A stretch of DNA of 64,000 bases from Stenotrophomonas sp. (GCF_032056425.1 NZ_DAMBCN010000017.1:24370-88369), one strand, 5' to 3'; shown: positions 1 through 10,608, counted from the stretch's first letter. The notes: generated by a model from the sequence alone, not told the origin. Made by a program: numbers and translations.

Positions 1-108
1 GCCTACGAGCCCCCAAGGAGGGGTTTACGGCGTGTCCCGGCTGGGGCTGGCCGCGCCCTCAACCAGTAACCCAACCGCTGCGACAAACCCGCAACGCTCT
101 TCAAACCC

Positions 109-2025
109 TCAGGCGTCCTTCGCCTCATGCGGTGCCGCCGCAGCGGCCGCATCGTGCCCCAGCTCGTACTCCGCGTCGTAATCCCACGGCGCACCATCGG
201 CCGCCGCCGGCCCGCACGAAATCGAAATCGCGCCCTGGTCAGCCGGCCCCACCACACGACGATTGATCGCAAACAGATTGCGGCCCATGTCGTTGGCCGC
301 CGGCGCAGTATTCGGCGCCAGCGTACGCGCCGCCCATTCGGCCGCATCCACCAGCACTTCCAGCGTGCCGGCCTCACCGTCCAGGCGGATCATATCGCCC
401 TCGCGCACCTTGCCCAGCGGACCCCCGCGTGCCGCTTCCGGCGTCACATGGATGGCCGCCGGAATCTTGCCCGACGCACCGGACAGACGGCCGTCGGTCA
501 CCAGCGCCACGCGCCGGCCCTGGTTCTGCAGCAGGCCCAGCAACGGCGCCAGCGAATGCAGTTCCGGCATGCCGTTCGCACGCGGGCCCTGGTAGCGCAC
601 CACCGCCACGAAATCCTGCGGCAGCATGCCCGCGGCGTGCAGCTTGTTCAGCACCTGCGGCGCATCGACCACCACGGCCGGCGCCTCGATGGTGCGGTAC
701 TGCGGCTTCACCGCCGACAGCTTGATCAGCGACTTGCCCAGGTTGCCGCGCAGCAGGCGCAGGCCACCCTGGCTTTCGAACGGGTTGTCCACGCCGCGCA
801 CCACCTCATCGTCGGCGCTGCGTTCCAGCCCCGGCAGGTAGACCAGCTGGCCGTCGCGCAGCTGCGGCTCGCGGGCGTAGTCGGCCATGCCGCCGCGGGC
901 CACGCTCACCAGGTCGCCGTGCATCAGCCCGGCCTTGATCAGTTCACCGAACACGAAGGCCGGGCCGCCTGCAGCGGCAAAGCGGTTCACGTCGGCTTCG
1001 CCGTTCGGGTAGACGCGCGCCAGCAGCGGGATCAGCTGCGAGAGCTCGTCGAAATCGTCCCAGGTCAGCACGATGCCGGCCGCGCGGGCCACGGCAATCC
1101 AGTGGATGGTGTGGTTGGTCGAACCGCCGGTGGCCATCAGTGCGATGACCGCATTGATGATGGCGCGCTCGTCGATGATGCGGCCCAGCGGACGGAAGTC
1201 ATCGCCCAGCGCGGTGATGTCCAGTGCACGCTCGGTGGCTTCGCGGGTCAGCGCATCGCGCAGCGGCGTGCCGGGATTGACGAACGACGCGCCGGGCAGC
1301 TGCACGCCCATCGCTTCCAGCAGCACCTGGTTGGAATTGGCAGTGCCGTAGAAAGTGCAGGTGCCCGCGCCGTGGTACGACGCCGATTCGGCTTCCAGCA
1401 GTTCCTCGCGGGTGGCTTCGCCGGCGGCATAGCGCTCGCGGACTTCGGCCTTCTGCTTGTTGGGAATGCCCGGGGTCATCGGGCCGGCCGGCACGAACAC
1501 CGCCGGCAGGTGGCCGAAGGCCAGTGCGCCCACCAGCAGGCCCGGCACGATCTTGTCGCACACGCCGAGGTAGACGGTGGTGTCGAACATATCGTGGCTC
1601 AGCCCGATTGCGGTCGCCTGGGCGATCACATCGCGCGAGAACAGCGACAGTTCCATGCCGCCACGGCCCTGGGTAACGCCATCACACATGGCCGGCACGG
1701 CGCCGGCCACCTGCGCGGTTGCGCCCAGTTCACGGGCGATCTGGCGGATCTGCTCGGGGTAGGTCTCGAACGGCTGGTGCGCCGACAACATGTCGTTGTA
1801 GGCGGTGATGATGCCCAGGTTGGCGGTGACGCCGCCGCGCAGGCGGCTCTTGTCCGTGCTGCCACAGGCAGCGAAGCCGTGGGCAAGGTTGCCGCAGCTC
1901 AGGCGGCTGCGGAACGGGCCGTCACGCAGCGAGGCGTCGATCGCGGCCAGATAGGCGGCGCGCGACGCTGCGCTGCGGCGGATGACGCGCTCGGTGATGG
2001 CTTGCAGTTGCGGATGGAGGCTCAT
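109..2025 (-). CDS. edd: phosphogluconate dehydratase (Entner-Doudoroff)
   Basis: 638-aa ORF with ATG at 2023-2025. Full-length IlvD/Edd-family sequence ([18 protein letters not shown]). Last gene of the same-strand zwf-glk-pgl-edd string. Confidence 0.93.
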   Translation of the reverse strand: MSLHPQLQAITERVIRRSAASRAAYLAAIDASLRDGPFRSRLSCGNLAHGFAACGSTDKSRLRGGVTANLGIITAYNDMLSAHQPFETYPEQIRQIARELGATAQVAGAVPAMCDGVTQGRGGMELSLFSRDVIAQATAIGLSHDMFDTTVYLGVCDKIVPGLLVGALAFGHLPAVFVPAGPMTPGIPNKQKAEVRERYAAGEATREELLEAESASYHGAGTCTFYGTANSNQVLLEAMGVQLPGASFVNPGTPLRDALTREATERALDITALGDDFRPLGRIIDERAIINAVIALMATGGSTNHTIHWIAVARAAGIVLTWDDFDELSQLIPLLARVYPNGEADVNRFAAAGGPAFVFGELIKAGLMHGDLVSVARGGMADYAREPQLRDGQLVYLPGLERSADDEVVRGVDNPFESQGGLRLLRGNLGKSLIKLSAVKPQYRTIEAPAVVVDAPQVLNKLHAAGMLPQDFVAVVRYQGPRANGMPELHSLAPLLGLLQNQGRRVALVTDGRLSGASGKIPAAIHVTPEAARGGPLGKVREGDMIRLDGEAGTLEVLVDAAEWAARTLAPNTAPAANDMGRNLFAINRRVVGPADQGAISISCGPAAADGAPWDYDAEYELGHDAAAAAAPHEAKDA

Positions 2026-2083
2026 TGGCTACCGGCATTCAAGGTGGCGAGTGACAGGCGGCACCGGAGTGCCGCCGCCGACA

Positions 2084-2806
2084 TCAATCAGCCCAGTGGA
2101 CGCGCAGGCGCGCGCCGTCCAGGTTGATCGCAGAGAGAATCGGGTACAGCTGCGGATCGTTGCTGTCCAGGGCCTGGCGCAGCACCTGCAGCTTCTGCTT
2201 GCCGCGCAGCAGCAGCAGGCGCTGGCGGCACTGGCCCAGCCCGCGCGGGGTCAGGGTGATGCGCAGCGGCCACTGGTTCGAACCCGGGCAGCCGGTGGCA
2301 TCCAGCGCCGCGTAGGGCAGGGTGCTTTCCAGTGCGCGGCTGAGGTCCTTGGAGCCGGGGAACAGCGAGGCGGTGTGGCCGTCGTTGCCCATGCCCAGGG
2401 CCACCACGCTCGGCGGTTGGCTGTGCTGGGCCTGCAGGTTGGCGGTGTACACGCATTCGGGCAGTGGCTTGCCCACCCGCACCAGCGGATCGAAGTGTGC
2501 GCCTTCGGCGCGCTTGAGCAGATGCTCGCGCACCAGCCAGGCATTGCTGTCGCGATCCTGCGGCGACAGCCAGCGCTCATCGGCCAGGCTGACTTCCACC
2601 CGGTCCCAATGCACGTCCAGTTCGGCCAGCGCCTGGTACACCGGCGCCGGCGTGGTGCCGCCGGAAAGCAGGATGCGGGCACGGCCCACTTCGTTGATAT
2701 CGTGGTTGATGGCGTGGGCCATCTCGGCGGCCACGGCTTCGATCCAGGCATCGGCGTCGCCGTGCTGTACGAAGTCGATGCGGCTGTCGTGGAAAACAGG
2801 GCTCAT
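2084..2806 (-). CDS. pgl: 6-phosphogluconolactonase
   Basis: 240-aa ORF with the ILLSGGTTP motif of the Pgl/NagB family. ATGA start/stop overlap with glk at 2803-2806. Confidence 0.9.
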   Translation of the reverse strand: MSPVFHDSRIDFVQHGDADAWIEAVAAEMAHAINHDINEVGRARILLSGGTTPAPVYQALAELDVHWDRVEVSLADERWLSPQDRDSNAWLVREHLLKRAEGAHFDPLVRVGKPLPECVYTANLQAQHSQPPSVVALGMGNDGHTASLFPGSKDLSRALESTLPYAALDATGCPGSNQWPLRITLTPRGLGQCRQRLLLLRGKQKLQVLRQALDSNDPQLYPILSAINLDGARLRVHWAD

Positions 2807-3810
2807 GCAGCAACTCCAGGGGCATCGCGTTCGGCATCGGCGGCATAGGCGGCGGCGCCCAGCAGGCCGGGGCAGGGGTGCATGATTGCCAGCGACGGCA
2901 CCCGGCCCATGATGGAAGAGAACCGGCCCTTGTGTTCAAAGCGCTGGCGGAAGCCGGAGTGCTGCAGCGAATCGAGCATCTTCGGCACCAGTCCGCCGGT
3001 CAGGAACACGCCGTCCCAGGCGCCCTGCACCAGCACCAGATCGCCGGCGATGGCGCCGAACACCGCGCAGAACACATCCACCGTGCGCATCGCCTGCGGG
3101 TCGCCCAGCGCGGCGCGCGCGGTCACATCGGCCGGCTGCAGTTGGCCCGGATCGAAGCCGGCCATTTCGCAGACGGCGCGATGGATGTTGACCAGGCCCG
3201 GGCCGCAGATCAGGCGCTCATTGGAAACGCGGCCGAACTGTTCGGAGAGGATTTCCAGAATGCGGATTTCCTCGGGCGTGCCCGGCGGGAAGCTGACATG
3301 GCCGCCTTCGGTTTCCAGCGGGTAACTGCGGCCGTGGCGCACCAGCAGGCCGCCCACGCCCAGCCCGGTGCCCGGGCCGATGACGCCGTAGTTGCGCGAC
3401 TGGCCCGGCGCGGCCGGGGTCCAGTGCGCGCCACCGATCTGCACCACGTCGTGCGGCTGCAGCAGTGCCACGGCCATGGCCTGGGCGGCAAAATCGTTGA
3501 TCAGGTGCAGTTCGTCGAAGCCGAGCATGGCTGCGGTGCGACTGCGCGAGATCACCCAGGGGTGGTTGGTGATGCGGGCTTCATCGCCATCCACACGGCC
3601 GGCCACGGCGAAGACGCCGCGGCGGGCGCTGGCGCCAGCCTGTTCCAGGTAGTGGCGCGCGGCATCGCCCAGCGAGGGGAACTCGGCCACGGCGTACTCG
3701 CGGATGCTGTCCTTCAGCAGCGGCGCGTCCTGCGAGGTGTCGGCCAAGGCGAAGCGGGCATTGGTGCCACCGATGTCGGCGACCAGCACCGGCTGGCTGG
3801 CGGCACTCAT
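2803..3810 (-). CDS. glk: glucokinase
   Basis: Glucokinase family (MSAASQPVLVADIGGTNARFAL). Start moved to the internal ATG at 3808-3810, which overlaps the zwf stop as ATGA. The 48 upstream codons of the track ORF lie inside zwf and are Arg/Gly-rich. Confidence 0.9.
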   Translation of the reverse strand: MSAASQPVLVADIGGTNARFALADTSQDAPLLKDSIREYAVAEFPSLGDAARHYLEQAGASARRGVFAVAGRVDGDEARITNHPWVISRSRTAAMLGFDELHLINDFAAQAMAVALLQPHDVVQIGGAHWTPAAPGQSRNYGVIGPGTGLGVGGLLVRHGRSYPLETEGGHVSFPPGTPEEIRILEILSEQFGRVSNERLICGPGLVNIHRAVCEMAGFDPGQLQPADVTARAALGDPQAMRTVDVFCAVFGAIAGDLVLVQGAWDGVFLTGGLVPKMLDSLQHSGFRQRFEHKGRFSSIMGRVPSLAIMHPCPGLLGAAAYAADAERDAPGVAA

Positions 3811-5243
3811 GCCGACGCTCCGCTGTCGGGAGCATCCACGCCCTGCGGCAGGAACCCGGTTGCGCTGCCCGGGCCCCACTGGCCGGCCGGGTAGGGTTCC
3901 AGCGGCAGCTTGGCGTCCTTCCAGGCGTCGGCCACGCTGTCGATCCACGCCCACGCGGCGCGCACTTCGTCATCGCGCACGAACAGGGTGTGGTTGCCGT
4001 TGAAGGCATCCAGGAACAGGCGTTCGTAGGCGATGCGGCGGTGCAGGCCGGTCGGCACCGACAGTTCCAGTTCCAGCGGGTGCAGTTCCAGTGCGCCCCA
4101 TTCGGGCCCGGCCAGGCTGCTCATCAGGCCCAGTTCGATGTTTTCCTGCGGCTGCAGCTGGAACACCAGGCGGTTCGGCGCGGCCTGCGCACGCTGCGGG
4201 CGCTCGAACAGCCAATGGGTGACCGGCTTCAGGGTGACCACCACGCGGGTGGTGCGCTCGGGCAGGCGCTTGCCGGTGACCAGGTGGAACGGCACGCCGC
4301 TCCAGCGCCAGTTGTCGATGTGCGCGGTGACACCGGCGAAGGTTTCCACGTCGCTGCCTTCCGGTGGCTGGTAGGCCTGGGCCGGCTGGCCGTTGATGCT
4401 GCCGGCGGTGTAGCGGCCACGCACGCTGTCACGGGCGGCGTTCTTTGCATCGAGCGGGCGCAGGGCGCGCAGTACCTTGACCTTCTCGTCGCGGATGCGG
4501 TCGGCTTCCAGCGATGCCGGCGGCTCCATGGCGACCATGCACAGCAGCTGCAGGATGTGGCTCTGCACCATGTCGCGCAGCGCGCCGGAGCGGGCGTAGT
4601 AGGCATCGCGGCCGTCCACGCCTTCGCTCTCGGCCACCAGAATGTGCACCGATTCGATGTAATTGCGGTTCCACACTGCTTCCAGCAGCGTGTTGCCGAA
4701 GCGCAGGGCGATCAGGTTCTGCACCGCGGCCTTGCCCAGGTAGTGGTCCAGGCGGAACACGCGGTCTTCGTCGATCCACTGGCCGATGGTGCTGATGATA
4801 TCTTCAGCGCTTTCGCTGTCGCTGCCGATCGGCTTTTCCAGCATCAGGCGAGCCGGCGATGCCAGCGCGCCGCCCTTGGCCAGGCCTTCGCAGGTGGAGA
4901 TGTATAGGCCCGGCGGAATGGCCAGGTAGCTGACGCAGCGGCGGTGCACCAGGTCCGACACCGCGGCGGCCACCGAGTCGACGTCGCGCAGGTCCACCGA
5001 GCGGTAGTCGATGCGGCGCAGCAGGGCGGCGATGTCGTCCTGGCTGGCCATGGGCATGGCCTGCTGCAGGCGCGGACGCAGGATGTCATGGAAGGCTTCG
5101 GTGTCGTGGCCGGACAGGGCCAGCGCACGGATGCGGAAATCCTCCGGCAGCAGGCCGTCGCCGAGCAGGCGCAGCAGCGAAGGGAACAGGTAGCGCTGGG
5201 CCAGATCACCTGTGGCACCAAACAGGAAGAGGGTGTCGTGCAT
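3807..5243 (-). CDS. zwf: glucose-6-phosphate 1-dehydrogenase
   Basis: G6PD family (FGATGDLAQR, RLDHYLGK). ATG at 5241-5243 (MHDTLFLFGATGDL) is preferred. The track ORF reaches 5288, so the start is uncertain by up to 45 nt. Confidence 0.92.
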   Translation of the reverse strand: MHDTLFLFGATGDLAQRYLFPSLLRLLGDGLLPEDFRIRALALSGHDTEAFHDILRPRLQQAMPMASQDDIAALLRRIDYRSVDLRDVDSVAAAVSDLVHRRCVSYLAIPPGLYISTCEGLAKGGALASPARLMLEKPIGSDSESAEDIISTIGQWIDEDRVFRLDHYLGKAAVQNLIALRFGNTLLEAVWNRNYIESVHILVAESEGVDGRDAYYARSGALRDMVQSHILQLLCMVAMEPPASLEADRIRDEKVKVLRALRPLDAKNAARDSVRGRYTAGSINGQPAQAYQPPEGSDVETFAGVTAHIDNWRWSGVPFHLVTGKRLPERTTRVVVTLKPVTHWLFERPQRAQAAPNRLVFQLQPQENIELGLMSSLAGPEWGALELHPLELELSVPTGLHRRIAYERLFLDAFNGNHTLFVRDDEVRAAWAWIDSVADAWKDAKLPLEPYPAGQWGPGSATGFLPQGVDAPDSGASA

Positions 5244-5450
5244 CGCTCGAGTTTCAGATCCGGGTGACATCGTTGTCAATCGCTTCATGGCTGGGTTCAG
5301 GGGACATCCGCGCTACTGTCTGTCCGAGGTTCGCTGGGGGCGGTTTTCCGTGCGTCCGGGCAACCGTTCCATTCGAAACCACCGCAACGGCCCGCTTTCG
5401 ATTGGCCGCTGTTGCAGGTCGGTGCGCGCCGACGATCGGATAGTGCCACG

Positions 5451-5464
5451 TGAAAACGTTTACA
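5451..5464. promoter_or_regulatory. LacI-family-type operator candidate (TGAAAACGTTTACA)
   Basis: 14-bp near-palindrome with a perfect AAACGTTT core, in the 354-bp divergent spacer between the zwf operon and the ABC ATPase gene. It resembles TGnAAACGTTTnCA-type LacI/Cra/PurR-family boxes. Confidence 0.4.
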
Positions 5465-5597
5465 TGGCAGAATGGGCAACTGTATTCGATTGCAGTGCTC
5501 GCCGTCATGCGGCGACCGCGCAATCATCACTGCCATCGGGAGGGCCGAAGGCAGTCCCCAATGACAGCCCGGCACCGGGCGGACTGGATAGAGTGAT

Positions 5598-6680
5598 ATG
5601 GCAAAAGTGCAGTTGCAGGGTGTGCGCAAGGTCTACGACAACGGCCAGGTCGCAGTGAAGGACGCCACGTTCGAGGTGGCCGACGGCGAGCTGATGGTGC
5701 TGGTGGGGCCATCCGGCTGCGGCAAGTCGACGCTGCTGCGGATGGTGGCGGGCCTGGAGGAAATCAGCGGCGGCACGCTCACCATTGGTGATCGCGTGGT
5801 CAACGACGTGGCGCCGAAGGATCGCGACATCGCCATGGTGTTCCAGAGCTACGCGCTGTACCCGCACATGACCGTGGCCGAGAACCTGGCCTTCGGTCTG
5901 AAACTGCGCGGCCATGACAAGGCGACCATCGACAAGCGCATTGCCGAGGCGGCGCAGACGCTGGGCCTGACCGAGATGATGGACAAGCTGCCCAAGGCGA
6001 TGTCCGGTGGCCAGCGCCAGCGCGTGGCCCTGGGCCGCGCACTGGTACGCGAACCGGCGGTGTTCCTGCTGGACGAGCCGCTGTCCAACCTGGATGCCAA
6101 ACTGCGCCACAGCGTGCGTACCGAAATCGCGCAGCTGCACCGCAAGCTGGGCACCACCATGATCTACGTGACCCACGACCAGGTGGAAGCGATGACCCTG
6201 GGCCAGCGCATCGTGGTGCTCAAGGACGGCATCATCCAGCAGATCGACACGCCCATGGCGCTGTACGACCGTCCGGCCAACCTGTTCGTGGCCGGTTTCC
6301 TGGGCAGTCCGGCGATGAACGTGCTGCGTGGCACGCTGCAGGGCGATGCCGGTGGCGTGAGCGTGGTTGATGGCCAATGGCGTGCGCCGCTGGGCCAGGC
6401 CACCATCGACCCGGCCTGGCTGCAGAAGCCGGTTGCCGTGGGCGTGCGCCCGGAGCATCTGCAGCCGGCGGCCGCCGACGATGCGCATGCCTTCATGGCG
6501 CGCATCGAGGGCATCGAGCCGGTCGGCAATGAAATCTTCGTCAACCTGAGCAGTGGCCAGCATGCACTGACCATGCGCGTGGCGCCGCAGGCGCTGCCGG
6601 CGGTGGGCGAGGAGATCCGCGTGGCGATCCACCCGCAGGGCCTGCACTTCTTCAGCGCAGAAACCGGCGAGCGCCTGTAA
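5598..6680 (+). CDS. sugar-type ABC transporter ATP-binding protein (MalK/UgpC/MsiK-like), no adjacent permease genes
   Basis: 360 aa with Walker A GPSGCGKST, signature MSGGQRQR and Walker B FLLDEPLS. Has a C-terminal MalK-like regulatory/TOBE-like domain. ATG at 5598. Confidence 0.9.
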   Translation: MAKVQLQGVRKVYDNGQVAVKDATFEVADGELMVLVGPSGCGKSTLLRMVAGLEEISGGTLTIGDRVVNDVAPKDRDIAMVFQSYALYPHMTVAENLAFGLKLRGHDKATIDKRIAEAAQTLGLTEMMDKLPKAMSGGQRQRVALGRALVREPAVFLLDEPLSNLDAKLRHSVRTEIAQLHRKLGTTMIYVTHDQVEAMTLGQRIVVLKDGIIQQIDTPMALYDRPANLFVAGFLGSPAMNVLRGTLQGDAGGVSVVDGQWRAPLGQATIDPAWLQKPVAVGVRPEHLQPAAADDAHAFMARIEGIEPVGNEIFVNLSSGQHALTMRVAPQALPAVGEEIRVAIHPQGLHFFSAETGERL

Positions 6681-6694
6681 GCCGGCTTCGCCGG

Positions 6695-6838
6695 TGTGCG
6701 GACCAAGGTCCGCACCTACCAAGGCGGGGTTCACGTAGATCCACGCCATGCGTGGAAGAAGTGGGGGCCCCCGTAGATCCACGCCATGCGTGGATGGGAT
6801 GCCGGCAGAGGCAGTGCGGGCCAAGGTCCGCACCTACC
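6695..6838. repeat. cluster of four SMAG-type REP palindromes
   Basis: GTGCGGACCAAGGTCCGCACCTACC (6695-6719), GTAGATCCACGCCATGCGTGGA (6735-6756), GTAGATCCACGCCATGCGTGGAT (6773-6795), GTGCGGGCCAAGGTCCGCACCTACC (6814-6838). Located between convergent gene ends. Confidence 0.9.
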
Positions 6839-6866
6839 AGGTCAGGTCCGCACCCGTCCGCTGGGT

Positions 6867-7784
6867 TCAGCGTGCCAGGCCGTCCAGCAGCGGCACGCGC
6901 TGGGCGGCCACGCCGCCGACCTGCAGTTCGCCATCGCTCGTTTCCAGCGGCAGCACCGCCAGGGTCAGGTCTCCGGCCACGCTGGCGATCGTGCCCAGTG
7001 CCGCGCCACCCTGCTGCACCGCTTCACCGGCCTGGGCCGGCGCGGCGGTGTGCAGCAGCTGCACCGCGCGCTTGGCCTTGCCCAGGAAGTGAGTGCGGGC
7101 CACGATTTCCTGGCCCGGATAGCAGCCCTTCTTCACGCTGTACCCGTTCAGGCGGTCCAGCCCCAGCTGCTGGGGGGTCCACACTTCGCGCTGGCTGGCG
7201 TCCAGCCGCGGCAGGCCGAAGCGCAGGTCGGCCTGGCGCCAGGCTGCCGCGAAGGCCGCCGGATCGCCCTCGGCGTCCGCTGTCGCCGCGCCGATGCGCA
7301 GGGTGCGCGGCAGCGCATCACTGCCCAGGTCCAGTTCCCAGTCAGCGCCTTCGGCACGCGCGATGGCCGCGCCACTGGCCGCTTCGGGCGCTGTGAATGC
7401 GCCGGTCACCATCAGATCCGTGTGCACCTGCAGCTTCACCTTGCGCCGGAACACGAACCGTTGCAGTTGCGACGCAATCGCATCGGCGTCGCCGTCGGCC
7501 AGCACCAGCATTACGTGATCTTCGGCCAGCCGCAGCAGCTGGAACACCGCCAGGGTGCGCCCTTTGGCGCTCAACCAGGCGCTCCATTGCCAGTGCAGCA
7601 GGGGCAGGGCGGTCACGTCGCTGCTGAACTGGGCATGGGCGAACGCGGCCGCATCGACGCCCTGCAGGCTCACCAGCTGGTGGCCCGGAAGGTGCGGATA
7701 TGCGACGAAAGCAGGGGGCAGGTTGTCAGGCACGTGAACGAGGTCTAAAATTTGTGCGTTGCGAGACCGAACATGATAGGCCAA
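6867..7784 (-). CDS. ygfZ: folate-binding Fe/S-cluster repair / tRNA-modification protein YgfZ
   Basis: Aminomethyltransferase-like fold protein with the C-terminal KGCYPGQEIVARTHFLGK signature (KGCYxGQE). The track start is a TTG at 7784, which would overlap the divergent DUF1674 gene. An in-frame GTG at 7733 is an alternative. Confidence 0.8.
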   Translation of the reverse strand: MAYHVRSRNAQILDLVHVPDNLPPAFVAYPHLPGHQLVSLQGVDAAAFAHAQFSSDVTALPLLHWQWSAWLSAKGRTLAVFQLLRLAEDHVMLVLADGDADAIASQLQRFVFRRKVKLQVHTDLMVTGAFTAPEAASGAAIARAEGADWELDLGSDALPRTLRIGAATADAEGDPAAFAAAWRQADLRFGLPRLDASQREVWTPQQLGLDRLNGYSVKKGCYPGQEIVARTHFLGKAKRAVQLLHTAAPAQAGEAVQQGGAALGTIASVAGDLTLAVLPLETSDGELQVGGVAAQRVPLLDGLAR

Positions 7785-7946
7785 ACAACCCCCACTCCCG
7801 ACGCCGAAGCTGAAGCCCCGCTGGTCCCCGCGGCACCTGTGCCTGTGGAACCGGAAAAGGTGGAAGAAGAATTCGGCGGCCGCGGCGGACTTGATCCGGT
7901 GCGGTACGGCGATTGGGAGAAAAACGGACGCTGCATCGATTTCTGA
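7773..7946 (+). CDS. DUF1674 (SDHAF4-like) small protein
   Basis: 57 aa from the ATG at 7773. C-terminus GGRGGLDPVRYGDWEKNGRCIDF is the DUF1674 hallmark. Lies 57 nt upstream of sdhC. Confidence 0.72.
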   Translation: MIGQTTPTPDAEAEAPLVPAAPVPVEPEKVEEEFGGRGGLDPVRYGDWEKNGRCIDF

Positions 7947-8002
7947 TCAGCATTGAGCCAACGCGGCCGCGTGCCGCCCAGCCGAGACAACGAGCCCAGC
8001 GA

Positions 8003-8395
8003 ATGGCGACCAGACAACGCCCACTTTCCCCGCACCTTCAGGTGTATCGCTGGCAGATTCAGATGGCCACCTCGATCCTGCATCGAGCCACTGGCGTCTT
8101 TCTGTCTGTTGGTGCCCTCATCATCGCTGCGGGCCTTCTGGCCCTGATGATGGGGCCCGAATCCTGGAACTGCTACACCGGCCATGCCGGGGCCTGGTAC
8201 GGCCGCGTGTTCCTGTTCGCGTGGACATGGTCGTTCGCCTACCACCTGTGCAATGGCATCCGCCACATCGTGCAGGACTTCGCCATTGGTTTCAGCATTC
8301 CTGCCTTCGTGCGCAGCAGCTGGATCTCGGTCTTCGGCAGCCTGGTGATCACCGCGCTGGTGTGGGCCTATGTGCTGCTGGGAGGTGCTGCATGA
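8003..8395 (+). CDS. sdhC: succinate dehydrogenase cytochrome b556 subunit
   Basis: Internal ATG at 8003 (MATRQRPLSPHLQVYRWQ...). Three predicted TM helices. ATGA overlap with sdhD. Confidence 0.88.
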   Translation: MATRQRPLSPHLQVYRWQIQMATSILHRATGVFLSVGALIIAAGLLALMMGPESWNCYTGHAGAWYGRVFLFAWTWSFAYHLCNGIRHIVQDFAIGFSIPAFVRSSWISVFGSLVITALVWAYVLLGGAA

Positions 8396-8787
8396 GCAAG
8401 TCGAACAAGTTCCGTACCCCGCTGAAGACCGTGCGCGGCCTGGGTTCGGCCAAGACCGGTACCGAACATTTCGTGCACCAGCGCCTGACCGCCGCCGCGC
8501 TGGTGGTGCTGGGCCTGTGGTTCCTGGTCTTCGTGGTGCGCCTGGCCGGTGCCGATTACGTGACCGCCACCGCCGCCATCGCCAAGCCGTGGAACGCAGT
8601 GCCGCTGATCGGCCTGCTCATCGCCATGTTCTGGCACGCCCAGCTGGGCCTGCAGGTGGTGCTGGAAGATTACATCCACGAATCGCTGCTGGCCCTGGTG
8701 CTGCAGACCTTCGTGAAGTTCGTGGCCGTGCTCGGCATGATCGTCAGCGTGTTTGCGGTGGGCCGCATCGCCCTCGGCGTCGCCTGA
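8392..8787 (+). CDS. sdhD: succinate dehydrogenase hydrophobic membrane anchor
   Basis: ATG at 8392 (MSKSNKFRTPLKTVRGLGSAKTGTEHF...). TM-rich 131 aa between sdhC and sdhA. Confidence 0.85.
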   Translation: MSKSNKFRTPLKTVRGLGSAKTGTEHFVHQRLTAAALVVLGLWFLVFVVRLAGADYVTATAAIAKPWNAVPLIGLLIAMFWHAQLGLQVVLEDYIHESLLALVLQTFVKFVAVLGMIVSVFAVGRIALGVA

Positions 8788-8817
8788 GCCCAGGCACAAG
8801 ACAGGAATCCAGATTAG

Positions 8818-10608
8818 ATGTCCGCTTACAAGATTACTGAACACAAGTACGACATGGTCGTGGTGGGCGCCGGCGGCGCCGGCCTGCGCGCCACGTTCGG
8901 CCTGGCCGCCAAGGGCCTGCAGACCGTGTGTCTGACCAAGGTGTTCCCGACCCGTTCGCACACCGTCGCCGCGCAGGGCGGTATTTCCGCCGCGCTGGCC
9001 AACATGGGCGAAGACGATTGGCGCTACCACTTCTTCGACACCATCAAGGGGTCGGATTGGCTGGGCGACCAGGACGCCATCGAATACATGTGCCGTGAGG
9101 CCATTCCGGCCATCATCGAGCTGGAACACTATGGCGTGCCGTTCAGCCGTACCGCCGAAGGCAAGATCTACCAGCGTCCGTTCGGTGGCATGACCACCAA
9201 GTACGGCGAAGGCCCGGCGGCGCAGCGTACCTGCGCGGCGGCCGACCGTACCGGTCACGCCATGCTGCACACCCTGTACCAGCAGTCGCTGAAGCACGAT
9301 GCGCGCTTCATGATCGAGTACTTCGCCCTCGACCTGATCTTCGATGACGAAGGCGTGTGCCGTGGCGTGCTGGCCCTGGACATGTCCGACGGCACGCTGC
9401 ACCTGTTCCGCGCCCAGGGCGTGGTGCTGGCCACCGGCGGCTACGGCCGTGCGTACTTCAGCGCCACCTCGGCGCACACCTGCACCGGCGACGGTGGCGG
9501 TCTGGCCATGCGTGCCGGCATCGCCATGCAGGACATGGAGTTCGTGCAGTTCCACCCGACCGGTATCTACGGCGCCGGCTGCCTGATCACCGAGGGTGTC
9601 CGCGGTGAAGGCGGCATCCTGCGCAACAGTTCGGGCGAGCGCTTCATGGAACGCTACGCACCGCACTACAAGGACCTGGCCTCGCGCGACGTGGTCAGCC
9701 GTTCGATGACCATCGAAATCCGCGAAGGCCGCGGCGTCGGCGAGCACAAGGATCACATCCTGCTCGACCTGACCCACCTGGGCCCGGGCGTGATCGACGA
9801 GAAGCTGCCGGGCATCGCCGAGAGCGCCCGCATCTTCGCCGGCGTCGACGTGCACAAGCAGCCGATCCCGGTCATTCCGACCGTGCACTACAACATGGGC
9901 GGCATCCCGACCAACTACCACGGTGAAGTGGTGCAGAAGGTCGGCGACAACGACAACGCCGTGGTGCCGGGCCTGTACGCCATCGGCGAAGCGGCCTGCG
10001 TCTCCGTGCACGGCGCCAACCGCCTGGGCTCGAACTCGCTGCTCGACCTGGTGGTGTTCGGCCGTGCGGTGGCCAACCGCTGCGCCGAGACCATCAAGCC
10101 GGGCGCCGCGCACAAGCCGCTGCCGGCCGATGCCTGCGACAAGGCGCTGGGCCTGCTGGACAAGCTGCGCCACGCCAACGGCGATACCCCGACCTCGGTC
10201 ATCCGCGACCGCATGCAGCGCACCATGCAGGCCGACGCCGCGGTCTTCCGCACCAGCCAGACGCTGAAGGAAGGCTGCGAGAAGATGGACAAGATCTTCG
10301 ACTCGTTCCAGGACGTGAAGGTCTCCGACCGCTCGCTGGTCTGGAACTCGGACCTGATCGAGACCTATGAGCTGAACAACCTGCTGCTCAACGCGGTGGC
10401 GACGATCAACTCGGCCGAACAGCGCAAGGAAAGCCGTGGTGCGCATGCGCACGAGGACTATCCGGACCGCGACGACGTCAACTGGCAGAAGCACACCCTG
10501 GTCAGCGTGGACGAGAAGGGCAAGTGCAGCTTCGATTACCGCCCGGTGCACATGTACACGTTGACCGACGACGTGTCCGTGGTGCCGCCGAAGCCGCGCG
10601 TGTACTGA
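8818..10608 (+). CDS. sdhA: succinate dehydrogenase flavoprotein subunit
   Basis: 596 aa with the N-terminal FAD fold [12 protein letters not shown] and the [10 protein letters not shown] covalent-FAD histidine context. Family similarity is full-length. Confidence 0.97.
   Translation: MSAYKITEHKYDMVVVGAGGAGLRATFGLAAKGLQTVCLTKVFPTRSHTVAAQGGISAALANMGEDDWRYHFFDTIKGSDWLGDQDAIEYMCREAIPAIIELEHYGVPFSRTAEGKIYQRPFGGMTTKYGEGPAAQRTCAAADRTGHAMLHTLYQQSLKHDARFMIEYFALDLIFDDEGVCRGVLALDMSDGTLHLFRAQGVVLATGGYGRAYFSATSAHTCTGDGGGLAMRAGIAMQDMEFVQFHPTGIYGAGCLITEGVRGEGGILRNSSGERFMERYAPHYKDLASRDVVSRSMTIEIREGRGVGEHKDHILLDLTHLGPGVIDEKLPGIAESARIFAGVDVHKQPIPVIPTVHYNMGGIPTNYHGEVVQKVGDNDNAVVPGLYAIGEAACVSVHGANRLGSNSLLDLVVFGRAVANRCAETIKPGAAHKPLPADACDKALGLLDKLRHANGDTPTSVIRDRMQRTMQADAAVFRTSQTLKEGCEKMDKIFDSFQDVKVSDRSLVWNSDLIETYELNNLLLNAVATINSAEQRKESRGAHAHEDYPDRDDVNWQKHTLVSVDEKGKCSFDYRPVHMYTLTDDVSVVPPKPRVY

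Noticed and set aside
1-108. Window-edge sequence downstream of edd, checked for a partial gene such as eda.
   Set aside because: It is too short, and there is no recognisable reading frame or motif. Left unannotated.
2275-2285. GGTTCGAACCC, a T-loop-like motif suggesting a tRNA.
   Set aside because: It lies inside the pgl coding frame. The flanks cannot form a T-stem, acceptor arm or anticodon arm.
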